A program made the position numbers and the translations under genes. Source: Candidatus Ozemobacteraceae bacterium (GTDB lineage Bacteria > Muiribacteriota > Ozemobacteria > Ozemobacterales > Ozemobacteraceae). From it: 64,000 bases of DNA. Below are positions 18,985 to 29,166 of this stretch, piece after piece. The notes beneath the pieces were generated by a model. That model saw only the letters and a program-made list of their open reading frames with translations. It was not told where the DNA came from and made no database searches. The stretch lies in assembly GCA_965140445.1 (NCBI GenBank), contig OZ223236.1, forward strand, positions 4,192,001 through 4,256,000. The letters run 5' to 3'. Position 1 is the stretch's first letter. Each line of letters opens with the position of its first letter.

Positions 18985-19813
18985 ACCAATTTGGCTTCTC
19001 AAAATCAACTGGGATTCCACCAGATTTAATAAGAATTTCATTCCCGGCCCATAGGCTCTTTTCTGAGCTTATGGGCTTTACTACATAAACCGGCCTGCCT
19101 ATTTTCTGAGCCCACCTGGCACTAATCATTGATCCACTCTTAGCAGAAGCCTGAATAACAAAAACTGCTTCTGAAAGCCCTGCAATAATCCTGTTTCGGG
19201 TTGGGAAAAAACTCTTGTATGGCAAAGTGCCTGGCAATAGTTCCGAAACAATGTTTTGCTTTATTCGTAAATGGTTAAAAAGCTCTGTGTTTTCTTTGGG
19301 ATAATTAACGTCTACACCGGTCCCCATAACAGCGATGGTTTTTCCTCCACAATCAACTGTAAACTGATGTGCCAAAGTATCAACTCCTTTAGCTCCACCA
19401 CTTACAATACAAATTTTCTGCTCAACAAGCCTTGTAACAAGTTGCTTAACAATTTCCAATACACACCCAGAAGCCTTTCTTGCTCCAACAACTGCTACCT
19501 TACGATCTGGCACAATATCTCTGTAGCTAAAAAGGACTGGTGGTGGTTCAGTTAGTTTTGCCAGGAGTTTTGGATAGTTTAAGCCACCATAATAAGAAAA
19601 ATGTAGTTGGTTCTCCTTAATAAGGTCGATTGCAAGCCTAACTTTTTCATCAAGTCCGGATTTATCGGGGTATCTGGCTTTAATCGCTTCATCATCCCGG
19701 ACTTTATCAAGAGCAATTGAGGGCTTTTTCCACTCATCAATTAAATGCTTAAATTTTGCTGCGCCCACCCCTGGAATGCGACTCAAAAACAGTGCTGCAA
19801 AAAATTCTTCCAT
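18959..19813 (-). CDS. dprA: DNA-processing protein DprA
   Basis: IPGVG, YPKLL..PPPVLF, AVVGAR, VSGGAKGVD, FPTRNRIIAGLS, SGSMISA. Likely start MEEFF. Confidence 0.92.
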   Translation of the reverse strand: MEEFFAALFLSRIPGVGAAKFKHLIDEWKKPSIALDKVRDDEAIKARYPDKSGLDEKVRLAIDLIKENQLHFSYYGGLNYPKLLAKLTEPPPVLFSYRDIVPDRKVAVVGARKASGCVLEIVKQLVTRLVEQKICIVSGGAKGVDTLAHQFTVDCGGKTIAVMGTGVDVNYPKENTELFNHLRIKQNIVSELLPGTLPYKSFFPTRNRIIAGLSEAVFVIQASAKSGSMISARWAQKIGRPVYVVKPISSEKSLWAGNEILIKSGGIPVDFEKPNWFKELSGLL

Positions 19814-19887
19814 ATGGTTCCTCTCAAGACACGATTTACAATCAATCTTCTTTAGACTCTCCCTTTTAATACAAGGACTAATCAATA

Positions 19888-19916
19888 TTGACCAACGGCC
19901 ATGATAGTGCTATAAT
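19888..19916 (+). promoter_or_regulatory. Strong sigma70 promoter for rplY
   Basis: TTGACC-N17-TATAAT with extended -10 TG. Confidence 0.8.
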
Positions 19917-19951
19917 AGCTAATCATTTAAAATATCGAAAGGAAAATTTCT

Positions 19952-20551
19952 ATGGCAGAGTTTATTTTTAACGCTGAAGTAAGAAACCAGACAGGCAAAG
20001 GCGATTCACGAAGATTAAGAGCAGCAGGCAAAGTTCCAGCTGTTATTTATGGTAAAGAACTGACTCCAGTTCACATCGCACTTCCACTTATCGAAACAAC
20101 TAAGACTTTAAGAAAAGCTAACAGGAATGCTATTTTTGAAATTCAGCTTCCAAATGCTGAAAAAAGAGAAGTTATCTTAAGAGATTTCCAAAAGCATCCT
20201 ATTAAACTTTATTATTCACATCTTGATTTCCAGGCAATTGAAATGGATAAACCAATCGCGGTTGACGTTGAAGTTGTTTATGTTGGTACACCAATTGGTA
20301 AGAAATTTGGTGGTGTTTTCACTTCTCTCTCTAAGAAAGTTAGAATTGAAAGCCTTCCAGCAAAAATTCCTCAGGTTATCAAATTGAACATTGAAAACCT
20401 TGAAGCAGGCGCTTCTTATCACGTTTCTGACATCCCAGCAGGTGATTTCAAAGTATTAACTAATCCAAAAATTGCTTTGTGTCAGGTTTCTAAGGCCAAG
20501 GAAGAAGAAACAGCTGAAGGTGCTGAAGCAGCTGCTGAACCAGCAAAATAA
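19952..20551 (+). CDS. rplY: 50S ribosomal protein L25 / Ctc (long form)
   Basis: GKGDSRRLRAAGKVPAVIYG, QKHPI...HLDF, C-terminal TL5-type domain. Confidence 0.95.
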   Translation: MAEFIFNAEVRNQTGKGDSRRLRAAGKVPAVIYGKELTPVHIALPLIETTKTLRKANRNAIFEIQLPNAEKREVILRDFQKHPIKLYYSHLDFQAIEMDKPIAVDVEVVYVGTPIGKKFGGVFTSLSKKVRIESLPAKIPQVIKLNIENLEAGASYHVSDIPAGDFKVLTNPKIALCQVSKAKEEETAEGAEAAAEPAK

Positions 20552-20561
20552 TAGTCTAATA

Positions 20562-20587
20562 GCTTGCGCACTGAAAAGTGCGCAAGC
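20562..20587 (+). terminator. Hairpin after rplY (no U tract)
   Basis: GCTTGCGCACT-GAAA-AGTGCGCAAGC. Confidence 0.55.
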
Positions 20588-20646
20588 AATCTACACTTTT
20601 GTTCTTGAATTTATAGAAAAATTTTTCCCATCAGGAGTATCATTGA

Positions 20647-21155
20647 ATGTATAGTTTTGAAGTTGGATCTCCCATTGTTCATCCAATTCACGGTGCTGGA
20701 ATTTTAAAAAAAATTGATAAAAGACAGGTGAGAGGAAGACTTTTAAGCTATTATGTAATTGATTTCCCCTACTCAGATTTGGGACAGGTAATGGTTCCAA
20801 TTGAAATGGCAGATAAGTAGGGCTTAGAGAAGTTATTGAGGACGAATTTGTTGACTCAATTTTTGAAACTTTAAGTATTGGCTTTACTGATGAGGAAGAA
20901 GAAGAAAGCAAAAGTTTTCACCAAAGATATCGAGAGTATCTGGAAAAAATCCAAAGCGGAGACTTAAACCAGGTAGCAACAGTTTACAGACTTCTTTTTA
21001 GAAGAAGTATGATAAAACCACTTGGAACAAAAGACAAAGCTTTGTTCGAAACAGCCAGACAGCTTCTAATTTCTGAAATAGTCTTTGCTAAAGACGTTAT
21101 CGATTCTGAAGCAAAAGCAATGCTGGACGAAGCTCTTGAAGAAATGGTTTTTTAA
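20647..21155 (+). pseudogene. carD: CarD family RNA polymerase-binding regulator, split by a 1-nt deletion (possibly an assembly error)
   Basis: Not in the ORF track. Frame 1: MYSFEVGSPIVHPIHGAG...YYVIDF...VMVPIEMADK* (TAG 20818-20820). The -1 frame continues VGLREVI...FHQRYREYLEKIQSGD...LFETARQLLISEI to TAA 21153-21155. Confidence 0.88.
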
Positions 21156-21172
21156 GATTTAAAATTGCATAT

Positions 21173-21209
21173 AAAAAAAGGCCACGCTTAAAGCGTGGCC
21201 TTTTTCTTT
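21173..21209. terminator. Bidirectional intrinsic terminator
   Basis: AAAAAAAGGCCACGCT-taa-AGCGTGGCCTTTTT. Confidence 0.88.
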
Positions 21210-21220
21210 GTTACAAACAA

Positions 21221-22189
21221 TTACCAGGCTTTATTCTGAACGAATTCCGGGTTTACTGTCAAAGTTGGAACTTTTCCTTCAAATGCTTCTAAAACAGAAT
21301 TCACAACCAGCTTTGCCATTTCTGTTCTGGTTTCAATAGTTCCTGAACCAATATGGGGCAATAAAACAGCATTTGAGCACTCCAATAGTTCTTTATTTAC
21401 CAGCGGCTCATCTTCAAAAACATCGCATCCGCCATAAAAGATCTTTTCATCTTTTAAAGCTTTAGCGAAAGCTTTTTCATCAATTACCGGTCCCCTTGCC
21501 GTATTTATCAAAACAGCTTCTGGCTTCATCTTTTCAAACTCTTTTTCTCCGATCAGGTGCCTGGTTTCATTATTTAAAGGACAATGTAAACTGATAACAT
21601 CGCTTTCTCGTAAAATAGTCTCCAGTTGTACCGAAGGGTAAGGAAGGTGATTTTTAACTCCCGATCTAGTGTAATAAAGAACATTCATACCAAAAGCTTC
21701 AGCTCTTTTTGCCAGCGCTTCACCAATTCGTCCCATTCCGATTATGCCAAGGTTTTTACCTTTTAAATCCCTTCCGAGGAGAAGATCCGGCTTCCAACCT
21801 TTAAACAAACCTTTTCGAAGCAGTTTTTCGGATTCAGGAATTCTTCTCAAACACATTAAAATCAATAACATTGCAGTGTCAGCAGTTGCATCTGTAAGAA
21901 CATCTGGAGTATTAGTCACAGCCACCCCGATTTCATTACATTCTGATACAGAAATGTTGTTGTAACCAACAGCATAATTTGCAATTAAACGAAGTTTAGA
22001 ACTCATTCTGCCTAGAAATTCTTTATTAATTTGATCAGATAAAAGTGAAACAATAGCGTCAGCATCTTCAGCTTGCGCAATAAATTGATCTATACTGCTT
22101 TCTTCTGTAAGAACAACAACATCATAACCAGCATCTATTAACCTCTGTTCCTGGCCGCCAGGAATAGGATTTGAAAAAACAACTTTCAT
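21221..22189 (-). CDS. D-isomer 2-hydroxyacid dehydrogenase (glyoxylate/hydroxypyruvate reductase-like)
   Basis: ANYAVGYNNI, TNTPDVLT, GIIGMGRIG, LINTARG, DVFEDEP, LPHIGS. Confidence 0.92.
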   Translation of the reverse strand: MKVVFSNPIPGGQEQRLIDAGYDVVVLTEESSIDQFIAQAEDADAIVSLLSDQINKEFLGRMSSKLRLIANYAVGYNNISVSECNEIGVAVTNTPDVLTDATADTAMLLILMCLRRIPESEKLLRKGLFKGWKPDLLLGRDLKGKNLGIIGMGRIGEALAKRAEAFGMNVLYYTRSGVKNHLPYPSVQLETILRESDVISLHCPLNNETRHLIGEKEFEKMKPEAVLINTARGPVIDEKAFAKALKDEKIFYGGCDVFEDEPLVNKELLECSNAVLLPHIGSGTIETRTEMAKLVVNSVLEAFEGKVPTLTVNPEFVQNKAW

Positions 22190-22403
22190 ATCATCTGCCT
22201 CCATAATCAAACAAAATGCTTGCGTGAAAGATTAGAAAAACTATCTTATTAATGCATTACTGTCAAATTTTGAATTTAATCTGATTTCCTCTTTTTCAAT
22301 CATTTACCCGAGGCAAAATTAATTGTGTACAAAATTTTTCTTGCAATAGTTTTTCTGCAGGAACATAATAGTTACCCCTAATTACGGTATAAGGACAAAA
22401 CGT

Positions 22404-24092
22404 ATGACACTCCCATCTGACCTATTAGCTCTTTTCGGCCACCATTCAAACATACTTTTGCTAATCGGACTCACGATTCTCTTAGGAACCTGTGGAGCCA
22501 GGATTTTTCAAAAATTACGTATTCCCCAGGTTGTTGGGTTTATTGTAATGGGTATTGTTATTGGTGACTCAGGTTTCAAACTTCTTTCGAAAGAATTTGT
22601 TCTATCTATGTCCATGCTAAACTTCATGGCATTGGGTATAATCGGATTCAATATCGGCGGCGAATTAAAACTAGCAACTTTCAAAAAGCATGGGAAGCAA
22701 TTCATCTTCCTTCTATTAAGTGAAGGCCTGGGTGCCTTTTTTCTGGTTTCAATTTCCACAACAATAATCTCTTATTACTTTACACGAAATCCTGCAACTT
22801 CTCTTGCATTGGGCTTGCTTCTTGGTGCAATTTCATCTGCAACCGCCCCTGCTGCTACAGTAGATGTCGTTTGGGAATACAGAGCTAAAGGCCTTTTAAC
22901 AACGACGCTCATGGCTCTTGTTGCTCTAGACGATGGACTTGCACTTCTACTATTCAGCTTAGCTTCTGCTGCAGCAAAAATGCTTACCGCACCAAACACA
23001 ACTCTTTCACTTTTTGAGATATTAAAAGAGCCTGCTTACGAAATTTTTGGCTCTATTTTTGTTGGCTTCATATTAGGTGCAATTTTAAACAGATTAATCA
23101 GGGCTTTACGTGATCCGGAAAAGACTTTGGATTTTACCTTTGGTTCTATTCTTCTTGTTTGTGGAATTGCTATTGCCACTGAATTAAACGTTATTCTTGC
23201 TGCTATGGTTTTGGGAACAACCATTGGAAATCTTGCACCTCAAAGAAGTAAAGAGGTTTTTGAGATTGTAAAGCGTTTTGCTCCACCTATTTATGCCTTA
23301 TTCTTTGTATTTGTTGGTGCTCGCCTTCAGATTTTTGGACTTCCAGCAATGGGATGGGCTCTGGCAGTAGCATTTTTGTTTGGCCGATCCATAGGAAAAA
23401 TTTCTGGGATTTACTTTGGAGCAACCTGGCTCAAGAGTCCTGCAAAAATTAGAAAGTGGCTCGGACTAACACTTTTCAGCCAGGCAGGGGTAGCAATAGG
23501 TTTATCTATTCTCGCCAGTCAAAATTTCCCTGGTGAGCTCGGAAACCTTATATTGCTTGTTGTTACTACTACAACCTTTATCGTTCAGCTTATTGGGCCT
23601 CCATGCGTAAAGCTGGCTTTGCAGAAATCAAAAGAAATTGGATTGGACGTTACTACTGAAAGTCTCATGGAAGGATTAACTGTATCAGAAGTAATGCTCG
23701 ACCCTCCTCCGGCAATTCACCCACATGACAGAGCATGTACCGTGCTCGAACGATTTGCCGACAGCCCAACTCATGCTTATCCTGTTATTGATACTGGAAG
23801 TCACCTTAAAGGAATGATAATGATTGATGATATTCGAGATGCATGGAATATTGGGCATAATACCCTAATTTTGGCTGACGACATGATGGTTCCACCTTCA
23901 GAAGTTATTATCGCCTCTACCCCTTTAAGCGAAGCTCTAAGTCTGGCAAATGAGCTAGGTCTTGAAGTTTTACCAGTTGTAGATTCTTCAGAAACCTGTA
24001 ATCTTGTAGGCTTGCTTGATACGAGGGTTATGCAACAAATGCTTATGCGCGAAATGCGAAATAAACGAATTATTGCCGCCCAGGAAGACTAG
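22404..24092 (+). CDS. Cation:proton antiporter (CPA family) with C-terminal CBS pair
   Basis: Many TM segments, SATAPAAT, ALDD, QAGVAIGL; C-terminal repeats with YPVID and LPVVD. Confidence 0.85.
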   Translation: MTLPSDLLALFGHHSNILLLIGLTILLGTCGARIFQKLRIPQVVGFIVMGIVIGDSGFKLLSKEFVLSMSMLNFMALGIIGFNIGGELKLATFKKHGKQFIFLLLSEGLGAFFLVSISTTIISYYFTRNPATSLALGLLLGAISSATAPAATVDVVWEYRAKGLLTTTLMALVALDDGLALLLFSLASAAAKMLTAPNTTLSLFEILKEPAYEIFGSIFVGFILGAILNRLIRALRDPEKTLDFTFGSILLVCGIAIATELNVILAAMVLGTTIGNLAPQRSKEVFEIVKRFAPPIYALFFVFVGARLQIFGLPAMGWALAVAFLFGRSIGKISGIYFGATWLKSPAKIRKWLGLTLFSQAGVAIGLSILASQNFPGELGNLILLVVTTTTFIVQLIGPPCVKLALQKSKEIGLDVTTESLMEGLTVSEVMLDPPPAIHPHDRACTVLERFADSPTHAYPVIDTGSHLKGMIMIDDIRDAWNIGHNTLILADDMMVPPSEVIIASTPLSEALSLANELGLEVLPVVDSSETCNLVGLLDTRVMQQMLMREMRNKRIIAAQED

Positions 24093-24123
24093 CAGGAGAA
24101 GATTTTTTCCTGAAATTGCATAC

Positions 24124-24162
24124 AAAAAGATGGCTTCTATTTTAAAGAAGCCATCTTTTTTT
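24124..24162 (+). terminator. Intrinsic terminator
   Basis: AAAAAGATGGCTTC...GAAGCCATCTTTTTTT. Confidence 0.85.
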
Positions 24163-24294
24163 CATCATTTTTTTCATCTTTTTTTGCAAAATTCATAGTC
24201 AGCTTAATTTTTTTAAGCCAATGCAAATCCAAAATTTCCTTCCATAATTTTTATAAGTATAATGAGATAGTTATACTTTTATTTTGGGGGAAGT

Positions 24295-26619
24295 ATGAAA
24301 AATTGGCTAAAGAGACTTTTCGCCACGTTTACATTTTGCCTGGTTATTCAAATTTTAATCGCCTGCAACCCAGAACCAGGCCCACAGCATTTCCCACAAC
24401 CTCCAGCTCCTGTTCCCCCACAGATTACCAGCGGATATTTTGAGGTTCATAACAAGCATACCGGGCTCCCAACCAACAATATTCTCTCCGTACTTATGCA
24501 TGGAAAAAAGGTATTGGTAGGTTCTGAAGACCACGGCTTACTTTTATTTGAAGATGGAAACTGGAGAGAATTCAACCCTGAAACAACTATTAAGTTTCCA
24601 GCTTATTCTGTCTCCTGCCTGCTAAAAAAAGATGAAAATACTATTTACGCTGGTACACCTCAGGGTTTAATCGAAATTTTCCTTGATCCCAGAGGAGCAA
24701 ATCCAAAGTTTAAACTTCTAAATATCAATTCTGAAGAAAATCTCAACATTCTATCTCTGTCAGTGAAAGCTAATTCAGAATCAACATTTATTGCCGCATG
24801 CGATAAAAGAGCGGGAAAAATAGAGATGGGAACTTTTATACCATTTCAAATTCTGGATTATTATTCTCCAACAGGCTTCTCAGCAACTTTTTCTAATTCA
24901 GAATTTTCACTTATCGGCTGTAACCTTGGGCTTTTTAAAGCTATTGGCGAAAAACTGATTCCTTTTGATCTCCCGGGTGTTGAGCAGGGATGGGTTTCAG
25001 ATATTAAGACTTTTGACAATAAAACCATCTTCTTTACCTCTTCAAATGGCGCATTTGCCATGGAAAAAAATGGAAAGATTCATGAGTTATTACCAGGAAT
25101 TTGGTCAACCTGTTTAAGCTTTAGTGGCAAGCCAAATCTATTTGAGGAAACCCCTATACAACCCCGGGTAGTTCTAAGTCAAAAAGAGCTTCAACCGGAT
25201 TTTGAATCCGACCCTAAATTCAAAGCAGTTGTTTCAATGCGAGATGAGCTAAAAAAGGATTATGAAGAATACCAAAAAACCTATCGCAGTTATCGCAATA
25301 ATCCACTGTATCTTAGACAATTAGAACAAGAATATTGGGCAAGATTTCAAGATGTTTTTGATGCAATGGAAAATTTAGTTCAGGAACGCATTAAAATTGA
25401 AATTCCACTTTCAAAGGGTCTATGGGTTGGAACCCAAAATCAAGGGCTAATTTTATTTGCTGATGATGGAAAAAAATACCATCTTAATTATGAGAACTCA
25501 AAGCTTCCTTCAGATTCAATTTCCGCAATAGACTCCCGCAATAGCGGTGAAGCATGGTTTGCGACAAAAAATGCCGGGCTTCTTCACTATTCCAGGAAAA
25601 TCAGGAATTCTGAATTGGGACTTCAAAAACTTTTAAAATGCCAACCCAATAGAGTTCGAATTTATGGCAGCCTTTTATACATTGGGACTAAAAGTGATGG
25701 ACTACATATCTATAATTCGCAGAACAAGCGAAAAGTTGCGCATTTAAACTCAATAAAAAATAAAAACTTTCATTCTGAAGTGAATGATTTTGCCATGGAT
25801 GCAAACGGTGTTTTATGGATAGCTGGAGATCGAGGTCTTATAAGCTATGACGGCAGCAGTTTAAAAAACATTGGCTTTAATCAGGAAAAATTACCGGACT
25901 ACCCGGCAAAAAGAGTATGTGTTGATAGCTCTGGCAGAATTTGTGTCGCTTTTTCAGGCTCTATTCCAATTGAGGAGCAAATTTACTTTTTTAATGGCCA
26001 GGGTCTTGAAAATCTTGATTATCAAAAACTTCTTGAACTTTTGCAGCTAGATCAAGAAAGCCAAAAATCCTACTTTGATTTTTTTGGTCTTTCTAATACT
26101 TATCAGCGAGAATTTGACTTAATAAATGCTTCGGATTCTGTAAGAAATTTTTCATCGGGTAACAATTCCCCCGTAACCGCAATTATCAATTTGCCAAACT
26201 ACCTTCAAATTGGCTCTAAATCTGGGGCCCAAACGATATTTGATGGGGAGTCTTTTAAACAGCTATCTGAAAAAGGTTCTGGCAAGCTTGGAGAAATTTT
26301 AAATTTTGCAAAACTGCCTTCCAATCGTCTATTAATCCAGGGAAAGGATGTAATTAGTATTTTTGATGGTCTTGAATACAATTCAGTTGTCATTCCCGTA
26401 GCTTCTACAACTGGTGTTATGACGGATTTTTCTCCAGATAGTCAAAACCCTGAAGCCTTCTGGGTATCTTTCAGCAATGGTTCATCTGGAGGGTTCGCTT
26501 TATATCAAAAGCCATATTGGGAGCCTTTTAAGTTTGATGTTCCCGTCTATTCACTCGCTGTAGGGGAAGCATATATTTTCATTTGCTCAAAAGACGGAGT
26601 TTACTACTACCCAAACTAA
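24295..26619 (+). CDS. Beta-propeller lipoprotein (two-component-regulator propeller-like repeats)
   Basis: Lipobox LIAC; repeats GLPTNNI, LPSDSISAI, LWVGTQNQGL, WFATKNAGL, LWIAGDRGL. Confidence 0.75.
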   Translation: MKNWLKRLFATFTFCLVIQILIACNPEPGPQHFPQPPAPVPPQITSGYFEVHNKHTGLPTNNILSVLMHGKKVLVGSEDHGLLLFEDGNWREFNPETTIKFPAYSVSCLLKKDENTIYAGTPQGLIEIFLDPRGANPKFKLLNINSEENLNILSLSVKANSESTFIAACDKRAGKIEMGTFIPFQILDYYSPTGFSATFSNSEFSLIGCNLGLFKAIGEKLIPFDLPGVEQGWVSDIKTFDNKTIFFTSSNGAFAMEKNGKIHELLPGIWSTCLSFSGKPNLFEETPIQPRVVLSQKELQPDFESDPKFKAVVSMRDELKKDYEEYQKTYRSYRNNPLYLRQLEQEYWARFQDVFDAMENLVQERIKIEIPLSKGLWVGTQNQGLILFADDGKKYHLNYENSKLPSDSISAIDSRNSGEAWFATKNAGLLHYSRKIRNSELGLQKLLKCQPNRVRIYGSLLYIGTKSDGLHIYNSQNKRKVAHLNSIKNKNFHSEVNDFAMDANGVLWIAGDRGLISYDGSSLKNIGFNQEKLPDYPAKRVCVDSSGRICVAFSGSIPIEEQIYFFNGQGLENLDYQKLLELLQLDQESQKSYFDFFGLSNTYQREFDLINASDSVRNFSSGNNSPVTAIINLPNYLQIGSKSGAQTIFDGESFKQLSEKGSGKLGEILNFAKLPSNRLLIQGKDVISIFDGLEYNSVVIPVASTTGVMTDFSPDSQNPEAFWVSFSNGSSGGFALYQKPYWEPFKFDVPVYSLAVGEAYIFICSKDGVYYYPN

Positions 26620-26712
26620 ATTTCCCCTCGCTTCAAAACTTTTTGTTCGGCTGATAAAAAAACAATTCAGCTAAATGAAGAAAACTGTCGAACTCTATTA
26701 AAGAGAATAAAA

Positions 26713-27306
26713 ATGAAGCGAACAATCCTAATAATTACAGCAATTTTATGTGCCTTGTTTATACCAATGCGCAAAGCCAATATGGCTAGCAAAGTCGGTT
26801 ATTCAAGGTTCGAAACTCCTATGCCACCAATTTCAGGCAGAAAAAATGAGAAAAAGGCTTATTCAAGACTTAATTCACCGGAATTCTCATTTGGATACTG
26901 GCTTGGCAAAGGAAAAAGTTATCTTTCCAGAAAAGAATATGAGCAAGCGATCATAGCTTTCAGAAAAGCAAGAAAACTTAGACCAGCTTCAGAAGAAACA
27001 AGGCATCTATTAGCCTATTCTTATGAAAAAAGAGGTTTAGAAGGCTTACCAGGAGACCAATCTGATTGGGAAGCTCTTGCTGAGAGAGAATACAAAGCAT
27101 CTATTATGCTAGCTGACTACTTGCCCTCCAGATACAACCTCGCACTTCTCCAGATCAGAAATGAAAGGCTTTCAGAAGCAAGAAAAGAACTGGAACACAT
27201 ACTTACAGTTTCACCAACTTCAAAATTTGGAAAACTTGCTGATAGCCTCTTAGCCTCTGTAATGGATCAAGACTATCTTCCCGAGCATCTCTCAGTAAAT
27301 TATTAA
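26713..27306 (+). CDS. Exported TPR protein
   Basis: Hydrophobic N-terminus; YEQAIIAFRKARKLRP, RYNLALL. Confidence 0.75.
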   Translation: MKRTILIITAILCALFIPMRKANMASKVGYSRFETPMPPISGRKNEKKAYSRLNSPEFSFGYWLGKGKSYLSRKEYEQAIIAFRKARKLRPASEETRHLLAYSYEKRGLEGLPGDQSDWEALAEREYKASIMLADYLPSRYNLALLQIRNERLSEARKELEHILTVSPTSKFGKLADSLLASVMDQDYLPEHLSVNY

Positions 27307-27315
27307 AAGGTAAAT

Positions 27316-28926
27316 ATGAAAAACAAACGTTTAATAAGGATGTCTCTTGCGCTGTTAGCTTTTTGCATCGCCAATTGCGGTCTAACCTTCCGCCATACGA
27401 TTGCAAAAGAAAGCAGTATCGAAAGTCGCATTTTTAAACGTATTGAATATGCTGCAGAGAATGGAAAAATACTGGAAGCCAAAAAGGACATCGGAAGAGT
27501 TCTAAAGCTTAACCCAAAACATGTTGGAGCAAATTATTACGCAGGATACTATTCTTTTGTTGCCGGAGATTTTAAGAAGGCTGAAAAGTTTCTTAAGCGA
27601 GTAGCAAATGATGAGAAGTTTGGAGCAAATTCCAGAAAATATCTCGCTGAAATGCGCATGAATAAGTTTAAGAAAAAGTTTAACGAAGAACTGCAAAAAC
27701 TACTGGATGGAGGCGCTTACAAGCAAGCTCTGGACATGTGCAAAGAAGCCCTTGCCGAGATGGATGACAATACAGAAGTTATGATTGCAGCCGTCTATGC
27801 CTCCACCATGCTTGGCTTAAAACAACAAGCACAAATCTATCTGAATCAATTTAAATTAATTTCAAACAATAAAGAAACAGGTGCCGAACTCACTGCTTTT
27901 GTTGATGCATGGTTTAATGCTGGCTATGAGCCAGAGTTGTCACTTGAAAAACTTCTCCAGCTTACAGACCCACGTTTAAAAACAAGGGCAGTAAAACACA
28001 AAATGAAAAATCTGATGATTTCTCTTAATTTGAGTGACAAATATGAGGAATTTATAAATAAAGAAAAAAAACTTCCTGGTGCTGATGTAAACAGTCTGGA
28101 AAGAGAATTAATCAATTTCTTAATTTCCAATCAGGAATTTGAAAAAGCACTTACTTTAATAAATAAAAGGCCCGTAGATTCAATTGAGGACAACCTCATC
28201 TACATAAAGCTTTTGACAGCCACTCAAAAAGAAAAGAAAGCCATGCTTATGGCAAGACACGTTATGGCTACAGGTAAGGATATTCGTCTGTATAGTGCAT
28301 GGACATCTGCATATATAGCTTTTACCAGAAGAATGAACTCCAAACCTGATGGAGCAGACGAAGGCGGTAAAGATTTTGATGAAATGGCTGAAGAGGTCCT
28401 TGGAAGTGTCAAATTTGAAAAAATAGTAAGGACCCATCCAGAATTTTTACTAGATCTACAGATTCTCGCTGTTATTAATGAAGACGATAAAACAGCGAAA
28501 CTTATAAACCAAACCGCAACAGGAATTATTTTTTCCGATGAATTAGTAAAGCCTCTTTTGGAAGTTTGTAACACTTTAATTGATAAGCAAAGAAGTTCTC
28601 TTGCTGCCAATTTATTGGAAAGTGCACAGAACCAGCAACCACAAAACGCCGACATCCAAATCAAACTTGCTGAAGTTTACTTCATGAATGAAAACTATAA
28701 AACAGCTCTGGCACTACTGGAAAAACTCATCAGTGAACGACCAGAAGTTATTAGAGCCTTTGTCCTTTACATTGACTGTTTAAACGCAAACGGTGAATCT
28801 GCAAAGGCAGAAAAAGCGATACTAACAAAGCTTGACGAACCCAACTTAAACCCGATTGTCGAACGACAATTAAACGCAAAACTTGAGGTAATAAGAATGC
28901 AGAACCCTGATATGAACGCAAAATAA
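27316..28926 (+). CDS. Exported TPR protein
   Basis: Signal-like N-terminus; TPR patterns (VLKLNPKHVGANYYAG, IKLAEVYF). Confidence 0.75.
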   Translation: MKNKRLIRMSLALLAFCIANCGLTFRHTIAKESSIESRIFKRIEYAAENGKILEAKKDIGRVLKLNPKHVGANYYAGYYSFVAGDFKKAEKFLKRVANDEKFGANSRKYLAEMRMNKFKKKFNEELQKLLDGGAYKQALDMCKEALAEMDDNTEVMIAAVYASTMLGLKQQAQIYLNQFKLISNNKETGAELTAFVDAWFNAGYEPELSLEKLLQLTDPRLKTRAVKHKMKNLMISLNLSDKYEEFINKEKKLPGADVNSLERELINFLISNQEFEKALTLINKRPVDSIEDNLIYIKLLTATQKEKKAMLMARHVMATGKDIRLYSAWTSAYIAFTRRMNSKPDGADEGGKDFDEMAEEVLGSVKFEKIVRTHPEFLLDLQILAVINEDDKTAKLINQTATGIIFSDELVKPLLEVCNTLIDKQRSSLAANLLESAQNQQPQNADIQIKLAEVYFMNENYKTALALLEKLISERPEVIRAFVLYIDCLNANGESAKAEKAILTKLDEPNLNPIVERQLNAKLEVIRMQNPDMNAK

Positions 28927-28977
28927 GGGTTTATCTAAATTCAATCAAATATAAGATCATAAGTCACTGGAGGTTAA

Positions 28978-29127
28978 ATGCTAATAGAAGTCTTCACAAA
29001 CGGAAAAGTAATTATCGATGGAATGGAATCAGGAAAGAGCTATAAGGCTGAAGATGTGCTCTTCGACTATCTGACAAACCCTGCTGGTTTTTCTAAAAAG
29101 AGCCAGAAAAAGAAAAAATCTGCATAA
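28978..29127 (+). CDS. Small hypothetical protein (49 aa)
   Basis: GGAGGT RBS; MLIEVFTNGKVIIDGMESGKSYKAEDVLFDYLTNPAGFSKKSQKKKKSA; ends at a terminator. Confidence 0.7.
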   Translation: MLIEVFTNGKVIIDGMESGKSYKAEDVLFDYLTNPAGFSKKSQKKKKSA

Positions 29128-29161
29128 AAAAAACTGCCGCTAACTGCGGCAGTTTTTTTTT
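29126..29161. terminator. Bidirectional intrinsic terminator
   Basis: A8-CTGCCGC-taact-GCGGCAG-T9. Confidence 0.9.
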
Positions 29162-29166
29162 ATATA

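Noticed and set aside
20591..20911. 106-aa minus-strand ORF and other short antisense ORFs in the track
   Set aside because: Shadows of real genes on the opposite strand or frame; this one mirrors carD.
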